Of a DNA stretch of 64,000 nt, positions 50,216-61,006 are shown in pieces. Made by a program: the position numbers and the translations under genes. Origin of the DNA: Alphaproteobacteria bacterium (GTDB taxonomy: Bacteria; Pseudomonadota; Alphaproteobacteria; UBA828); contig CBDCRW010000006.1 of assembly GCA_965221125.1 (NCBI GenBank), positions 576,001 to 640,000 of the forward strand. Direction: 5' to 3'. Positions within the stretch are counted from its first letter, which is position 1, and every line of letters begins with the position of its first letter. Below the pieces are notes generated by a model, which searched no databases, was not told where the DNA came from, and saw only the letters and a program-made list of their open reading frames with translations.

Positions 50216-51852
50216 CCCGAGCGCCCCAGGCGCTCGCGCCTGACGCGGATGCCGGCAGCCTCGCGGTCCCAGCTGTCCTCGGTGATGCCGTCTGCGCGCA
50301 GCCTGTGCTTCTCGATCTTCTCGGTGGGCGTCTTGGGCAGGGCGTCGACGATGCGCACGTAGCGCGGGATCATGAAGTGGGCGAGGCGCGACTCGAGAAA
50401 GGCCAGCAGGTCCGCCGGATCGAGCGCGTGTTCCAGCCGCAGCGCGACCACCGCCATGACCTCGTCCTCGCCAAGGTCGCTCGGCACCGGGATGACGGCA
50501 GCCTCGCGCACCGCCGGATGGGCCGCGACCTCGGTCTCGACCTCGAGCGAGGAGATGTTCTCGCCGCGCCGGCGGATCGTGTCCTTCAGGCGGTCGACGA
50601 AGTAGAGATTGCCGTCCCCGTCCACGCGGCCGGCGTCGCCGGTGTGGAACCAGCCGTTGCGCCAGGCCCGCGCGGTCGCCTCCGGCTCCTTGTAGTAGCC
50701 GTGGTTGATGGCCCAGGGCGTGTCGGCGCGCACCACGATCTCGCCCGTCGCACCCACCGGCACCTCGCAGTCGTTGGCATCGACCACGCGAAGCTCGCAG
50801 CCGGGCCGCACCGTGCCGGCGCTGCCGGGCACGGTCATGGGCACGGTGGTCATCACCGGGCAGCAAAGCTCGGTCATGTTGTAGATCGAGTAGACCTGCA
50901 AGCCGAAACGCTCCATGAACGCGTCGACGTCGTTCACGAGCGGCACCATGCCGACGGTGCGCAGCGGATGGTCGCGGTCGCGCGGCGAGGGCGGCTCCTT
51001 CTCCAGGAACTGCGCCATGACGCCCAGCATGAACACCGAGGTGACTCCGGTGCGGCGCACCGTGTCCCAGAACGTGTGCGTCTTGAAGTACTCGACCAGC
51101 GTGATGGAGGCGTGCTGGCAGAGCATGCCGTAGGCGATGGTCGCGCCGCCCAGGTGGAAGAGCGGCAGGCTGATGAGGTAGCGGTCCTCCGGCGTGATGA
51201 AGCGCCAGGTGTCGGGGCCGAAGTTCGAGAAGGCGTGGCAGTAGGAGCTGAGCACCGCCTTGGACGGCCCCGTGGTGCCGGAGGTGAAGATGATCGACTG
51301 GGTGTCCCACGGCTCGATCGGGCGGGCGAGCGGGGCCAGCGTCCCGCCTTCCGGGTGAAGCACGGTCTCGTCCAGCGCCGTGAGACCTTCGATGGCAGGC
51401 GGCGGGCCGCCCACGGCCACCAGGGTCTCCAGGTCGGCGAGAGCAACCGTGGCGAGCCGCGGCGCAAGCTCCGCGTGGGCGACGATGATGCGGGCGTCGG
51501 AGCGCGCCACCACGTGCTCCAGTAGGCGGCCCTTGTAGGCGGTGTTGATGGGCACGTAGACGGCGCCCATGTAGTTGGAGCCCAGGAACATGCGGAGCGC
51601 GTCGGCGCCGTTCGGCAGCCACGAGAGCACGTGGTCGCCCTGGCGAAGGCCGAGCGCCTGCAGGCCGATGGCGGTTTGGATCACCTCCGCGCGGGTGCGG
51701 GCGTAGCTCCACTCGGTGCCGTCCTCGAAGACGCAAAAAATCTTGTCGGGCGTCGCCGCCGCCAGCCGGTCGAGCAGGTAGCGGAGCACGCACCTGTCCG
51801 CCGCCGGGACTCGCGGATCGCTGTGGGACGTCGCCCCGGGCTGTTCCACCAC
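50212..51852 (-). CDS. AMP-binding acyl-CoA ligase (crotonobetaine/carnitine-CoA ligase-like)
   Basis: IIFTSGTTGPSK, YNMTE, GWFHTGD, FVDRLKDTIRRRGENISS.EVE, LPKTPTEKIEK. Start approximate. Confidence 0.9.
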   Translation of the reverse strand: MVEQPGATSHSDPRVPAADRCVLRYLLDRLAAATPDKIFCVFEDGTEWSYARTRAEVIQTAIGLQALGLRQGDHVLSWLPNGADALRMFLGSNYMGAVYVPINTAYKGRLLEHVVARSDARIIVAHAELAPRLATVALADLETLVAVGGPPPAIEGLTALDETVLHPEGGTLAPLARPIEPWDTQSIIFTSGTTGPSKAVLSSYCHAFSNFGPDTWRFITPEDRYLISLPLFHLGGATIAYGMLCQHASITLVEYFKTHTFWDTVRRTGVTSVFMLGVMAQFLEKEPPSPRDRDHPLRTVGMVPLVNDVDAFMERFGLQVYSIYNMTELCCPVMTTVPMTVPGSAGTVRPGCELRVVDANDCEVPVGATGEIVVRADTPWAINHGYYKEPEATARAWRNGWFHTGDAGRVDGDGNLYFVDRLKDTIRRRGENISSLEVETEVAAHPAVREAAVIPVPSDLGEDEVMAVVALRLEHALDPADLLAFLESRLAHFMIPRYVRIVDALPKTPTEKIEKHRLRADGITEDSWDREAAGIRVRRERLGRSG

Positions 51853-51937
51853 CGTCGCTCGCTCGTTGGCCGCTGTTACTGACGGCCCCCTTGTAGCCCG
51901 GAGCCGTGCTGCGATTAACCCGGAATTCTCGTCGCTG

Positions 51938-53068
51938 TCAGGCGTCGGCGTGGACGGCGTCGAGAGCACGGTTCAGGGTGGCGGCGGCGGTCTCGAGGCC
52001 GTGGCGCTCGAGCACCCGCGCCGCGGCGGCTGCGCCCATGGTGGTGCGCCTCTCGGCATTCGTCGAAAGCTCGACCACGGCGCCGGCGAAGGCGACGTCG
52101 TCGTTGCGCGGCGTGACGAGGCCGGTCTCGCAGTCGGCGATGACGGCCGCGGGGCCGGGCCAGTCCCGCGCCACCACCGGCAGGCCCGCGGCCTGCGCCT
52201 CCAGCACGGCCGGGCTGAGCGCATCCTGGTAGGCAGGCCAGACATAGAGGTCGCAGGCAGCGTAGACCGCGCGGAGCGTGTCGGCCCGGCGGGCGCCGGC
52301 GAAGACGGCGCGGCCTGGCCCAAGCGGCGCCAGCGTCTCCTCCACCAGCTCGCGCGCTTCGCCGTCGCCCACCGCGAGGAGCTGCCAGGGCGGCTCGGCG
52401 ATGAGGCCGAGGGAGCGGCCCAGCAAGCGCCAGGAGGCAAGCGCCGCGCCGGGGCGCATGGGAGCCACCGCCAGCAGCCACGGGCGGGCGGGATCGAGCG
52501 GCAGCGCTTGGGCGAGCGCGCGCCGGGCCTCGTCGCGCTCCGTCGCCCGGTAGGGCGCGGGGTCGAGGAAGGGCGCGAGCCGGTAGAGCCGCGCGCTGCT
52601 CGCGACGAGCGGCCGGATGCTCTCCTCGTCTTCGGCCGTGAGCGAGAGCACCGCGTGTGCGCGAGCGATGGCGCGGGCCGCATAGGCGTGCCAGCTCGCG
52701 TCGGCGCCGCCGCCCTGCGGGCGGGCGCAAGACGCGCCCACCAGCACATAGGGAATGCCCAGCGTCTCGGCCACGATCGCGCCGATCAGGTCGGGCGCCG
52801 CCTGGTGCAGCCGGCAGGTGAGCCAGGCCTCGGGCCGGGCGACGCTCGGCAGGTCGCGGTACGAGGCGACGAGGCGCATCGCGTGCTTCACGGCCTTACG
52901 CTCCAGGGCGGCTCGCCTGCTGCCCTCTTCGGTGCGAAACTCGGACGGCACAAGCACCTGGTGGCCGCCGACGTCGAGCGCCCGCGCAAGCAGGTGAACC
53001 AGCGTCGGCCCGGCCGATGCCGCCGCCGTATCGGGATCGTCAACGGGGGTGTAGAGCGCGATCCGCAT
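51938..53068 (-). CDS. Glycosyltransferase family 4 protein
   Basis: MRIALYTP, YAACDLYVWPA, VLEAQAAGLPVVA, ETGLV. Confidence 0.85.
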   Translation of the reverse strand: MRIALYTPVDDPDTAAASAGPTLVHLLARALDVGGHQVLVPSEFRTEEGSRRAALERKAVKHAMRLVASYRDLPSVARPEAWLTCRLHQAAPDLIGAIVAETLGIPYVLVGASCARPQGGGADASWHAYAARAIARAHAVLSLTAEDEESIRPLVASSARLYRLAPFLDPAPYRATERDEARRALAQALPLDPARPWLLAVAPMRPGAALASWRLLGRSLGLIAEPPWQLLAVGDGEARELVEETLAPLGPGRAVFAGARRADTLRAVYAACDLYVWPAYQDALSPAVLEAQAAGLPVVARDWPGPAAVIADCETGLVTPRNDDVAFAGAVVELSTNAERRTTMGAAAAARVLERHGLETAAATLNRALDAVHADA

Positions 53069-53165
53069 GTCAGGCGGGGATCGTCGGTGCCTGCGGCGCA
53101 GAGGGGTTTGCGCCCCACGCCCCGCATCGGCGATTATCCCGCGCCAGCAACAGGGAGGAACCCCG

Positions 53166-53873
53166 GTGACCGAGACACCCCTCAACGAGGCCGAATTGGC
53201 GGCGCTCCGCGCCTACGACACGCCCACGATCTGCAACGCGCTCGAAATCGTCTGCCCCGAGCGCCGTGCGCTGGGCTTCACGACCGAGACGCTGATCTGC
53301 TCCTTCCCGGAGCTCGAGCCGATGGTGGGCTATGCGCGGACCGCGACGATCCGCTCCATGGAGAAGCCCGCCAAGGACGGCGATGCGATGGCCGCCGACC
53401 GCGTCGCCTACTACCGCTACGTGGAGGAAGGCCACCGGCCCTCGATCATGGTGATCCAGGACGTGGACTCCCGGCCGGGCGCGGCCTCCTGGTGGGGGGA
53501 AGTGCATTCCGCCGTGCATCAGGCTCTGGGCTGCCTCGGCGTTGTGACCAACGGCGCGGTGCGCGATCTCGACATGATCGCCGACGGCTTCCAGTTCCTC
53601 TCCGGCACCGTGGTGCCCTCCCACGCCTGGGTCCATCTGGTGAGCCACGGCGAGCCCGTGGATGTGAGCGGCATGCTGACGCACACCGGCGACCTGGTGC
53701 ACGCCGACCGCCACGGCGCGGTGATCATCCCGCACGAGGCAGCGCGCGACGTGCCGGCGGCGGCCGAGCTCTGCATGCGCCGGGAGGCGCCGATCCTGGC
53801 TGCGTGCAAGGAGCCGGGATTCTCGGCCGACGTGATGGAGCGGGTGCTGCGCGAGGCGAAGGAGATTCACTAG
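53166..53873 (+). CDS. RraA/HMG-aldolase family protein
   Basis: DTPTICNALE, GYARTA, WWGEV, VVTNGAVRD, GDLVHADRHGAVIIP. GGAGG RBS before GTG. Confidence 0.88.
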   Translation: MTETPLNEAELAALRAYDTPTICNALEIVCPERRALGFTTETLICSFPELEPMVGYARTATIRSMEKPAKDGDAMAADRVAYYRYVEEGHRPSIMVIQDVDSRPGAASWWGEVHSAVHQALGCLGVVTNGAVRDLDMIADGFQFLSGTVVPSHAWVHLVSHGEPVDVSGMLTHTGDLVHADRHGAVIIPHEAARDVPAAAELCMRREAPILAACKEPGFSADVMERVLREAKEIH

Positions 53874-54634
53874 GCCGTGCGGGAAGCGGCGCGGGCCCGC
53901 GTCGCCTCGCCGAACGCGCCGAAGATCGCCATCGAGAACGCATCCTCCGTGACCTTCCACTCGGGGTGCCACTGGACGCCGAGGGCGAACGAGGCGGCGT
54001 CGCTCACGCGCACGGCCTCGATCTGACCGTCGGGCGCGGTCGCCTCCACCGTGAGCCGGGGCGCGAGGCGGTCGATCCCCTGCGCGTGCAGCGAGTTGAC
54101 CGCAACCTCCGGCGCGGGCCAGAGCGACGCCAGCAGGCCGCCGTCGGCGAGCGCCACGTCATGGGCCGGCCCGTACTGCACGTCGCGAGGCTGGCTGTCG
54201 TCCGAGCGATGGTCGATGCGCCCCGGCAGGTCGTGGACGGCCTGGTGCAGGCTGCCGCCGAGGGCGACGTTGAGCTCCTGAAAGCCGCGACAGATGCAGA
54301 AGACGGGAACGCCCCGCTCGATCGCGCCGCGGATGAGCGGGAGCGTCGTCGCGTCGCGCTCGGGGTCGTGCAGCGTGCCGTCGGCGCTGGGCGGCCCGTC
54401 GTAGCGATCGGGCTCCACGTTGGATGGGCTGCCGGTGAAGAGCAGGCCGTCGAAGCGGTCGAGAACGGCGTCGAAGTCGAGCGCCGCGCCGAACGCCGGC
54501 AGCGAGAGCGGCAGGCCGCGGGCGGCCTCGGCGACCGCCCGCATGTACTTGTCGCCGACGACATGAAAGGGGTGGATGCCGATCTGCCGTGCACAGGCGG
54601 GCAGGCCGATCAGGGGAACCGGCGGGGCGCTCAT
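53870..54634 (-). CDS. puuD: Gamma-glutamyl-gamma-aminobutyrate hydrolase family (class I glutamine amidotransferase)
   Basis: DGLLFTGSPSNVEP, ICRGFQE.NVALGG, VNSLH.QG, GVQWHPE. Confidence 0.88.
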   Translation of the reverse strand: MSAPPVPLIGLPACARQIGIHPFHVVGDKYMRAVAEAARGLPLSLPAFGAALDFDAVLDRFDGLLFTGSPSNVEPDRYDGPPSADGTLHDPERDATTLPLIRGAIERGVPVFCICRGFQELNVALGGSLHQAVHDLPGRIDHRSDDSQPRDVQYGPAHDVALADGGLLASLWPAPEVAVNSLHAQGIDRLAPRLTVEATAPDGQIEAVRVSDAASFALGVQWHPEWKVTEDAFSMAIFGAFGEATRARAASRTA

Positions 54635-54640
54635 GGCGGC

Positions 54641-55999
54641 TCAGCTATCACGGGGTGAGAGCGCGGGCAAGAAGCCGCCTCGCCGCTGGATACGCAGGTA
54701 GATCGCACCGAGGCCGATGCCGCGCACGGCGTAGAGCAGCGTCATCGCGAGCCACAGGCCGTGGTTGCCCATGGGCTCGCGCAGGAGCCACGCGCACGGC
54801 ACGAAGACGATGAAGGCCAGCATCATCGTGTTCCGCATGTCGGCGGTGCGCGTGACGCCGGTGAACACGCCGTCGAAGAAGATGCCCCAGACCGCCACCA
54901 GGGGCAGCGCGATCAGCCAGGGGAGATAGTCGTAGGCGACGGCGCGCACGTCCTCCAGGTCGGTGAGGACGCGGACGATGGGTGCGCCCGCGGCGCCGTA
55001 GACGGCAAGGGTGAGGAGGGCGAGCGCCAGGCACCAGAGGAGGCAGGCCCGGATGGCGCGGGCGAGATCGGCGCGGCGTCGGGCGCCGAGCGCGCGGCCG
55101 GTGAGCGCTTCCGCCGCGAAGGCGAAACCGTCGTAGGCGAAGTTGAAGAAGATGACGAAGTTGAGCAGCACCGCGTTCGCGGCCAGCACGACGTCGCCCT
55201 GGCGCGCGCTCAGCGTGGTGAAGAGCGCGAACGCCGTGATCACGAAGAGCGTGCGCAGGAAGATGTCGCGGTTGATGCCGAGGAAGCGCCGCATGGCGGC
55301 GGCATCGAGGACGTGGCGGGGGCGCCAATGGCCGCCGTGGCGGTTGGCAAGGCGGGCGGTGACGGCGGCGCCCAGGATCAGCCCGGCGTAATCCGCCGCC
55401 ACCGTGGCCCAGGCGGCACCGGCGACGGCGAGGCCGAAGCCCAGCACCAGCACCAGGTCGAGGACGATGTTGATGCCGTTGACGGCGAGCAGCAGCACCA
55501 GCGCGGCGCGGGTGTTCTGCATCCCGATGAACCAGCCCACGAGTGCCACGTTGGCGAGCGCGGCCGGCGCACCCCAGATGCGAATGAAGAAGTAGCGCAT
55601 GCCTTCGCCGGCGACGGCCTCGCTCGGCTCGACCAGGTAGAAGGCGAGCCAGCCGATCGGCCCCTGCAGCGCGAGAAGCGCCACCGCTAGCACCAGGGCG
55701 ATCAGGAGCGCGCGGACAAGCGTGGCGCGGGCTGCGTCGAAGTCGCGGGCGCCGTAGGCCTGCGCGGTGAGCCCGGTGGTGCCCATGCGCAGGAAGTTGC
55801 AGCCGAAATAGAGGGTGTTGAAGATGAGCGCGCCGACCGCGACCGCGCCCAGGAAATGCGGCTCGGGCAGGTGGCCGATCACCGCCGTGTCGACGGCGCC
55901 GAGCAGCGGCACCGAGAGGTTGGAGACGACCATCGGCCAAGCCAGCCGCCAGACCCGGCGGTGCCAGGCCCACTCGCGAATTAGAAGCGAGCGCCGCAT
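54641..55999 (-). CDS. dinF: MATE family efflux transporter, DinF-like
   Basis: SNLSVPLLGAVDTAVIGHL, FLRMGTTGLTAQA, DIFLRT, DGFAFAAE. Confidence 0.9.
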   Translation of the reverse strand: MRRSLLIREWAWHRRVWRLAWPMVVSNLSVPLLGAVDTAVIGHLPEPHFLGAVAVGALIFNTLYFGCNFLRMGTTGLTAQAYGARDFDAARATLVRALLIALVLAVALLALQGPIGWLAFYLVEPSEAVAGEGMRYFFIRIWGAPAALANVALVGWFIGMQNTRAALVLLLAVNGINIVLDLVLVLGFGLAVAGAAWATVAADYAGLILGAAVTARLANRHGGHWRPRHVLDAAAMRRFLGINRDIFLRTLFVITAFALFTTLSARQGDVVLAANAVLLNFVIFFNFAYDGFAFAAEALTGRALGARRRADLARAIRACLLWCLALALLTLAVYGAAGAPIVRVLTDLEDVRAVAYDYLPWLIALPLVAVWGIFFDGVFTGVTRTADMRNTMMLAFIVFVPCAWLLREPMGNHGLWLAMTLLYAVRGIGLGAIYLRIQRRGGFLPALSPRDS

Positions 56000-56044
56000 C
56001 GGACCCCTATCCCTGCGGGTGGGCAGCCACGCGGCACCGGACGG

Positions 56045-56704
56045 TCAGCGGTTGGTGGGCGTCTTGTTGCGCGGATCGTCGAACACGAAGAGCCTGCGCG
56101 GCAGCCTCATGTTGGTCTTGAGATCGTGCAGGGTGACGGTGGTCACGAGGCCCTGCGCGTCCGTCACACGCCACTTGACGAGGCGCAGCGGGTCGGCGGT
56201 CAGCACCAGGGTCAGGCTTCCGCCGCGTGGGTCGTCCTCGTGTACCACGGTTACTTCGATGAAACCGCCGCGCCGGGCGAAGCCCGTGACCTCCAGGTCC
56301 TCGCCGAAGCGCGTCACCTCCCGCGTGAGCGCGCCGAGCGGTGTCTCGTAGATGAACCAGTCGTTGATCTGGCCGAGCTCCATGTCGTGGTAGTGGATCC
56401 AGAGGCCGTCGCCCACGATGAGCACCGGCACCGGCGGCGCGTACTCCACGCGGAGCAGACCGGGCCGGCGCATGTAGATGACGCCTTCGGCGGGCTCGCC
56501 CTCCGGCCCGATCTGCTTGAAGTCCGCCCTCAGAGTCTGGAGCCCGTTGAGATAGCGCTCGACGGCGGCGAGCGTTTCCTGCGCCGCCCCATCGAAGGCA
56601 AGCGCGCCTGAGTCCTGCGCCTGCGCCGGCTGGAGGGCGGCGAGCCACAGGGCGAACATGGGCGTGAGGCAGAGGAGCGCGGCAGCGCGTATCAGCTTCG
56701 GCAT
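56045..56704 (-). CDS. lolA: Outer-membrane lipoprotein carrier protein
   Basis: Signal peptide, YLNGLQTLRADFKQ, RPGLLRVEY.PP, TPLG.L, W.VTDAQG. Lies downstream of ftsK. Confidence 0.88.
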   Translation of the reverse strand: MPKLIRAAALLCLTPMFALWLAALQPAQAQDSGALAFDGAAQETLAAVERYLNGLQTLRADFKQIGPEGEPAEGVIYMRRPGLLRVEYAPPVPVLIVGDGLWIHYHDMELGQINDWFIYETPLGALTREVTRFGEDLEVTGFARRGGFIEVTVVHEDDPRGGSLTLVLTADPLRLVKWRVTDAQGLVTTVTLHDLKTNMRLPRRLFVFDDPRNKTPTNR

Positions 56705-56760
56705 GATGTGTGGAATGTAAGGTGCGCGGGCCGCGCGAACAATCACAGGTAAGTGAGGAT

Positions 56761-59199
56761 TTATCCGGCGGAGTGGTCGGAGACCAGGACCTCGCGCTTG
56801 CCGACATGGTTGGCCTGGCTGACCACGCCTTCGCTCTCCATCCGCTCGATGATCCGAGCAGCGCGGTTGTAGCCGATCTGCAGATGGCGCTGGACGAAGC
56901 TGGTGGACGCCTTGCGCTCGGCGGCGACCAGCGCCACGGCCCGGTCGTAGAGCGGATCCAGCTCGGCGTCCTCGTCGATGCCGCCGCCGGCCGCTTCGGG
57001 CTCCTCGGTGATGCCCTCGATGTAGCTGGGCTCGCCGCTGGCGCGCAGGAAGTCGGTCACGCGCTCGACCTCGGCGTCGCTCACGAAGGGTCCGTGCACC
57101 CGCGTCACGCGCCCGCCGGCCCCGAGATAGAGCATGTCGCCCTGGCCCAGGAGCTGCTCGGCGCCGGCCTCGCCCAGGATGGTGCGGCTGTCGATCTTGG
57201 AGGTGACCTGGAAGCTGATGCGCGTCGGGAAGTTGGCCTTGATGGTGCCGGTGATGACGTCGACCGAGGGCCGCTGCGTCGCCATGATGAGGTGGATGCC
57301 GGCGGCGCGCGCCATCTGCGCCAGCCGCTGCACCGCGCCCTCGATGTCCTTGCCGGCGACCAGCATGAGGTCGGCCATCTCGTCCACGACGACGACGATG
57401 AACGGCATCGGCGTGAGGTCGATCTCGAATTCCTCGTGGATGGGCGCGCCGGTCTCGGCGTCCATGCCGACGTTGACCCGCCAGGTGAGCGGCTCCCCCT
57501 TCTCCCGTGCTTCCGCCAGGCGCTTGTTGTAGCCGGAGATGTTGCGGACCCCGAGCTTCGACATCGCCTTGTAGCGGGTCTCCATCTCCCGCACCGTCCA
57601 CTTGAGCGCGACGACCGCCTTGCCGGGCTCGGTCACCACCGGCGTGAGCAGGTGCGGGATGTCGTCGTAGACCGAGAGCTCGAGCATCTTGGGGTCGATC
57701 AGGATCAGCTTGCACTGGTCCGGCGGCAGCCGATAGAGGAGCGACAGGATCATGCTGTTGATGGCGACCGACTTGCCCGAGCCGGTGGTGCCGGCGACCA
57801 GCAGATGGGGCATGCGGGCGAGGTCGGCCACCACCGGGTTGCCGCCGATATCCTTGCCGAGCGCGAGCGTGAGGTTGGACTCGGTGCTCTCGAAGCTGGC
57901 GCTCGCCAGCAGCTCGCGCAGAAGCACGGTCTCGCGCTCGCTGTTGGGGAGCTCGATGCCGATGACGCTGCGGCCCGGAATCGTCGCGGCGCGGACCGAG
58001 ATCGCGCTCATGGAGCGCGCGATGTCGTCGGCCAGCCCGATCACCCGCGAGGTGCGCGTGCCGGGCTGCGGCTCCAGCTCGTAGAGCGTGACCACCGGCC
58101 CCGGCCTCACCTGCGCGATCTCGCCGAAGACACGGAAATCCTCGAGCACGGAGATCAGCATCTCCGCGTTCTGCTGCAGCGCCTCGTCGCTGACGCTCCG
58201 GTTCGCGCCGGTGCCATCGGCATCGGTGAGCAGCGCAAGCGCCGGGAGCGTGTATTCCCCGCTGTCCTCCAGATCGAGGGCGGGCTGACGCTCCTTCCTC
58301 TCCCGCTTGCCGGGCTTCACCTTGCGCCGGCGCTTCTCGACGATGGCGGGCTCCGCCAACGGCTCCTCGATTTCGACCTCGCCCGGCGCCCGCGGCAGCA
58401 GGCTGGGCTCTCGCCGCTGCCTGCGTTTCGCCTTCGCCTCGGCCCGTTCGCCGTGCCGCAGCCAGCGGGCCGGCGTGGGTTTCTCGTCGTCCGCGCTGCG
58501 CTCTTCCCGCTCGACACGCTCGCCGCGATCGCTGGCCCGGCCTGACGTCCCGCGGGCGAGCCAGAGGACGCCGAGGACGGCGTGGCGCAGGAGCCAGTAA
58601 ACGCTCCACAGCAGCGCGCGCCATTCCCGCCAGGGCACCCCAAGCGCGACCGCCAGCGCGAGCACGGCGGCGATGAGGAAGACCGCGCCGATGCCGGCGG
58701 TGACAATCCCGGTGCCGCTGAGCCCCAACGTGCCCAGCTGTGCCAGCAGGATCCCGCCCGCTGCCCCGCCGGCGCCCGCCGCAGCGGGCCAGTCGGCGAG
58801 GCCGAGCGACGCGCAGCCGACGGCGGTGAGCAGGACCGCGAGCGGCGCCAGCGCGAAGCGGAGGAGCCGCCGCGAGAGCCCGCGGTGGCTGAACAGGGCC
58901 CAGGCCCAGGCGGCGAGGATCAGGGGCAGCAGGGCAGCGCCGATGCCGAGCCACTGCAGCAGCAGGTCCGCACCATAGGCGCCGGGGCGGCCGATGAGAT
59001 TGGCCGGCGCGGCGTCGCCCGCGCTGTTGAAGGAGGGGTCGGCCGCCGAATAGGTGGCCAGGGCTGCGCCGACGATGACCGCGAGGCCGCCGAGTGCCAG
59101 CCCGGCGAGTTCGCCCAGCCGGCGGGCGAAGAATGTCCCCGAGCCCGAAGGCAGGACGGTCGTGCGCGCGTCGCGTGCGGTGCTTGCTACCAATTGCAA
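56761..59199 (-). CDS. ftsK: DNA translocase FtsK
   Basis: N-terminal TMs, [40 protein letters not shown], gamma domain [15 protein letters not shown] start approximate. Confidence 0.97.
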   Translation of the reverse strand: MQLVASTARDARTTVLPSGSGTFFARRLGELAGLALGGLAVIVGAALATYSAADPSFNSAGDAAPANLIGRPGAYGADLLLQWLGIGAALLPLILAAWAWALFSHRGLSRRLLRFALAPLAVLLTAVGCASLGLADWPAAAGAGGAAGGILLAQLGTLGLSGTGIVTAGIGAVFLIAAVLALAVALGVPWREWRALLWSVYWLLRHAVLGVLWLARGTSGRASDRGERVEREERSADDEKPTPARWLRHGERAEAKAKRRQRREPSLLPRAPGEVEIEEPLAEPAIVEKRRRKVKPGKRERKERQPALDLEDSGEYTLPALALLTDADGTGANRSVSDEALQQNAEMLISVLEDFRVFGEIAQVRPGPVVTLYELEPQPGTRTSRVIGLADDIARSMSAISVRAATIPGRSVIGIELPNSERETVLLRELLASASFESTESNLTLALGKDIGGNPVVADLARMPHLLVAGTTGSGKSVAINSMILSLLYRLPPDQCKLILIDPKMLELSVYDDIPHLLTPVVTEPGKAVVALKWTVREMETRYKAMSKLGVRNISGYNKRLAEAREKGEPLTWRVNVGMDAETGAPIHEEFEIDLTPMPFIVVVVDEMADLMLVAGKDIEGAVQRLAQMARAAGIHLIMATQRPSVDVITGTIKANFPTRISFQVTSKIDSRTILGEAGAEQLLGQGDMLYLGAGGRVTRVHGPFVSDAEVERVTDFLRASGEPSYIEGITEEPEAAGGGIDEDAELDPLYDRAVALVAAERKASTSFVQRHLQIGYNRAARIIERMESEGVVSQANHVGKREVLVSDHSAG

Positions 59200-59248
59200 C
59201 CCCGAGGTGCGTGTTTCAACGAATCGGACACCGCTTGTGTTACAGGGA

Positions 59249-59277
59249 CTTATATAGTTCGGCTACGGGAGAGTCAA
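59249..59277 (-). promoter_or_regulatory. Sigma70-type promoter of ftsK
   Basis: Minus strand reads TTGACT-17nt-TATAAG. GANTC sites at 59221, 59271 and 59350. Confidence 0.65.
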
Positions 59278-59454
59278 AGCTGCAATTTTGGACCAAACCA
59301 AGTACATGGAGCGAGGCTCCCGCGGCCAAGCCCTTGGAACGGAACACAAGACTCGGTGACCGTCGGGATTGGATCGCGGACACCGGGCGCGCAGCGTCGG
59401 CGCCGATTGTGTGCGACGATACGCGCTCCGGGACCGAATGGGGGGCTGGCGACC

Positions 59455-60207
59455 ATGGACACTCTCGAGACCCGTCTGCAGGCAATCCTCGACGACTACG
59501 TGGCGGAGGGCATCGTCGGCGTCTCGCTCGCGCTACGGGCGCCGGGTGCGGCCGACGTCCTGGTCGCGAGCGGGCTCGCCGACCGCTCGCGCCGGGAGCC
59601 GCTGACGCCCGGCCATCTCTTCCGCATCGCGAGCTGCACCAAGACCTATGTCGCAGCCTGCCTGCTGCAATTGGTGAAGGAGGGCCGGGTCGACCTCGAC
59701 GAGCCCTATCCAGCCCAGCGCATGGCGCGCGCCTACTTCCACAAGGAGGACGAGGACGGCCAGTGGGACATCGCGGGCGCCGGCGCGTCGGTCGACGGCT
59801 GCTGGGATGCGACCGACTGGTTCCCGCTCTCCGGCGCGAACGCGGCGGGCGACATCGTGGCTACGCCGCGCGACCTGATGCGCTGGATGGACGCGCTCTT
59901 CGCCGGCCGCGTGCTGGACGATGCCCGGCTGCACGAGATGGCCGGCAATGTGAAGGAAGCGAGCTTTCCCGGCGCGCCGATCACGGCCAACGGGCACGGC
60001 ATTCTCGTCTCAACGATCGACGGGCTGGAGATCAAGGGCCACATCGGCCAGCTGCCGGGCCACACCACCTGCACCGGCCACCACGAGGCCTCCGGCGTGA
60101 GCGCGACGCTCTGCCAGAACTCCGGGGCAGGCGACTTCGAATCATTCTACCTCACCGGGATCCACGCTCCCTTCGCCGCCTGCTTCCGGGCCGCGGGGGC
60201 AGCATAG
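59455..60207 (+). pseudogene. Beta-lactamase-family serine hydrolase with an apparent in-frame internal deletion
   Basis: FRIASCTK (SxxK), LQLV.EGRVDLDEP and C-terminal GHIG are present. The LLxHxSG and YxN segments are absent; only 250 aa. Confidence 0.7.
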
Positions 60208-60226
60208 AAGGCGCCGGCCCGCCCTC

Positions 60227-61000
60227 CTAACCCGGCGGCAGGCCGGCGGTGAGGCCGCCGTCGATCACGAGGGCCGTACCGGTGACCCAGCGGGCCTCGT
60301 CGGAAGCGAGGTAGAGGAACGCGCCCGCGATCTCGGCGGGCTGGCCCATGCGGCCCAAGGGGTGCGCGGCCTCGACCGCCGAACGGCTCGCCACGGGGTC
60401 GTCCTGCGCCTCGAAGTAGGTCAGGACCATAGGCGTTTCGACGAAGCCGGGGCAGACGCAGTTCACGCGGATGCCGTGGGCGGCGCCGTCGAGCGCCATG
60501 CACCTGGTCAGCATCACCACGCCTGCCTTGGCGGCGGAGTAGCCGTGCTGGCCGGCCATGCCGATGACGCCGGCGACCGATGCGGTGTTCAGAATGGTCC
60601 CGCCGCCGGCCTCCACGAAGCGCGGCCAGATCGCGTGGCTGGTGCGGTAGATGCTGGTGAGGTCGAGGTCGAGCACGCGGTCCCACTCGTTGGCGGCGAG
60701 GGTCTCGACCGTGCCGATGGTGGGAATCGCGGCGTTGTTCACCAGAATGTCGACGCCGCCGAGCGCCTCCCATGCGGCATCGATCATGGCGGCGACGGAT
60801 TGGTCGTCGCCGACGTCGGCGGCGATGCCGACGGCCGTTCCTCCCCGGCCGGAGATTACTGTTGCCTGCTCGCCCGCGCCGGGGCCGTTCAGATCGGCGA
60901 TGGCGACGGCGGCACCTTCCGCCGCGAAACGCTCGGCCGTGGCCGCGCCGATGCCGGACGCACCGCCGGTGACCAGCGCGCGCTTGCCTGCGAGGCGCAT
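60227..61000 (-). CDS. Short-chain dehydrogenase/reductase
   Basis: TGGASGIG, LVNNAA, YSAAK (YxxxK), IRVNCVCPG, IDGG. Confidence 0.95.
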   Translation of the reverse strand: MRLAGKRALVTGGASGIGAATAERFAAEGAAVAIADLNGPGAGEQATVISGRGGTAVGIAADVGDDQSVAAMIDAAWEALGGVDILVNNAAIPTIGTVETLAANEWDRVLDLDLTSIYRTSHAIWPRFVEAGGGTILNTASVAGVIGMAGQHGYSAAKAGVVMLTRCMALDGAAHGIRVNCVCPGFVETPMVLTYFEAQDDPVASRSAVEAAHPLGRMGQPAEIAGAFLYLASDEARWVTGTALVIDGGLTAGLPPG

Positions 61001-61006
61001 CAGCGG

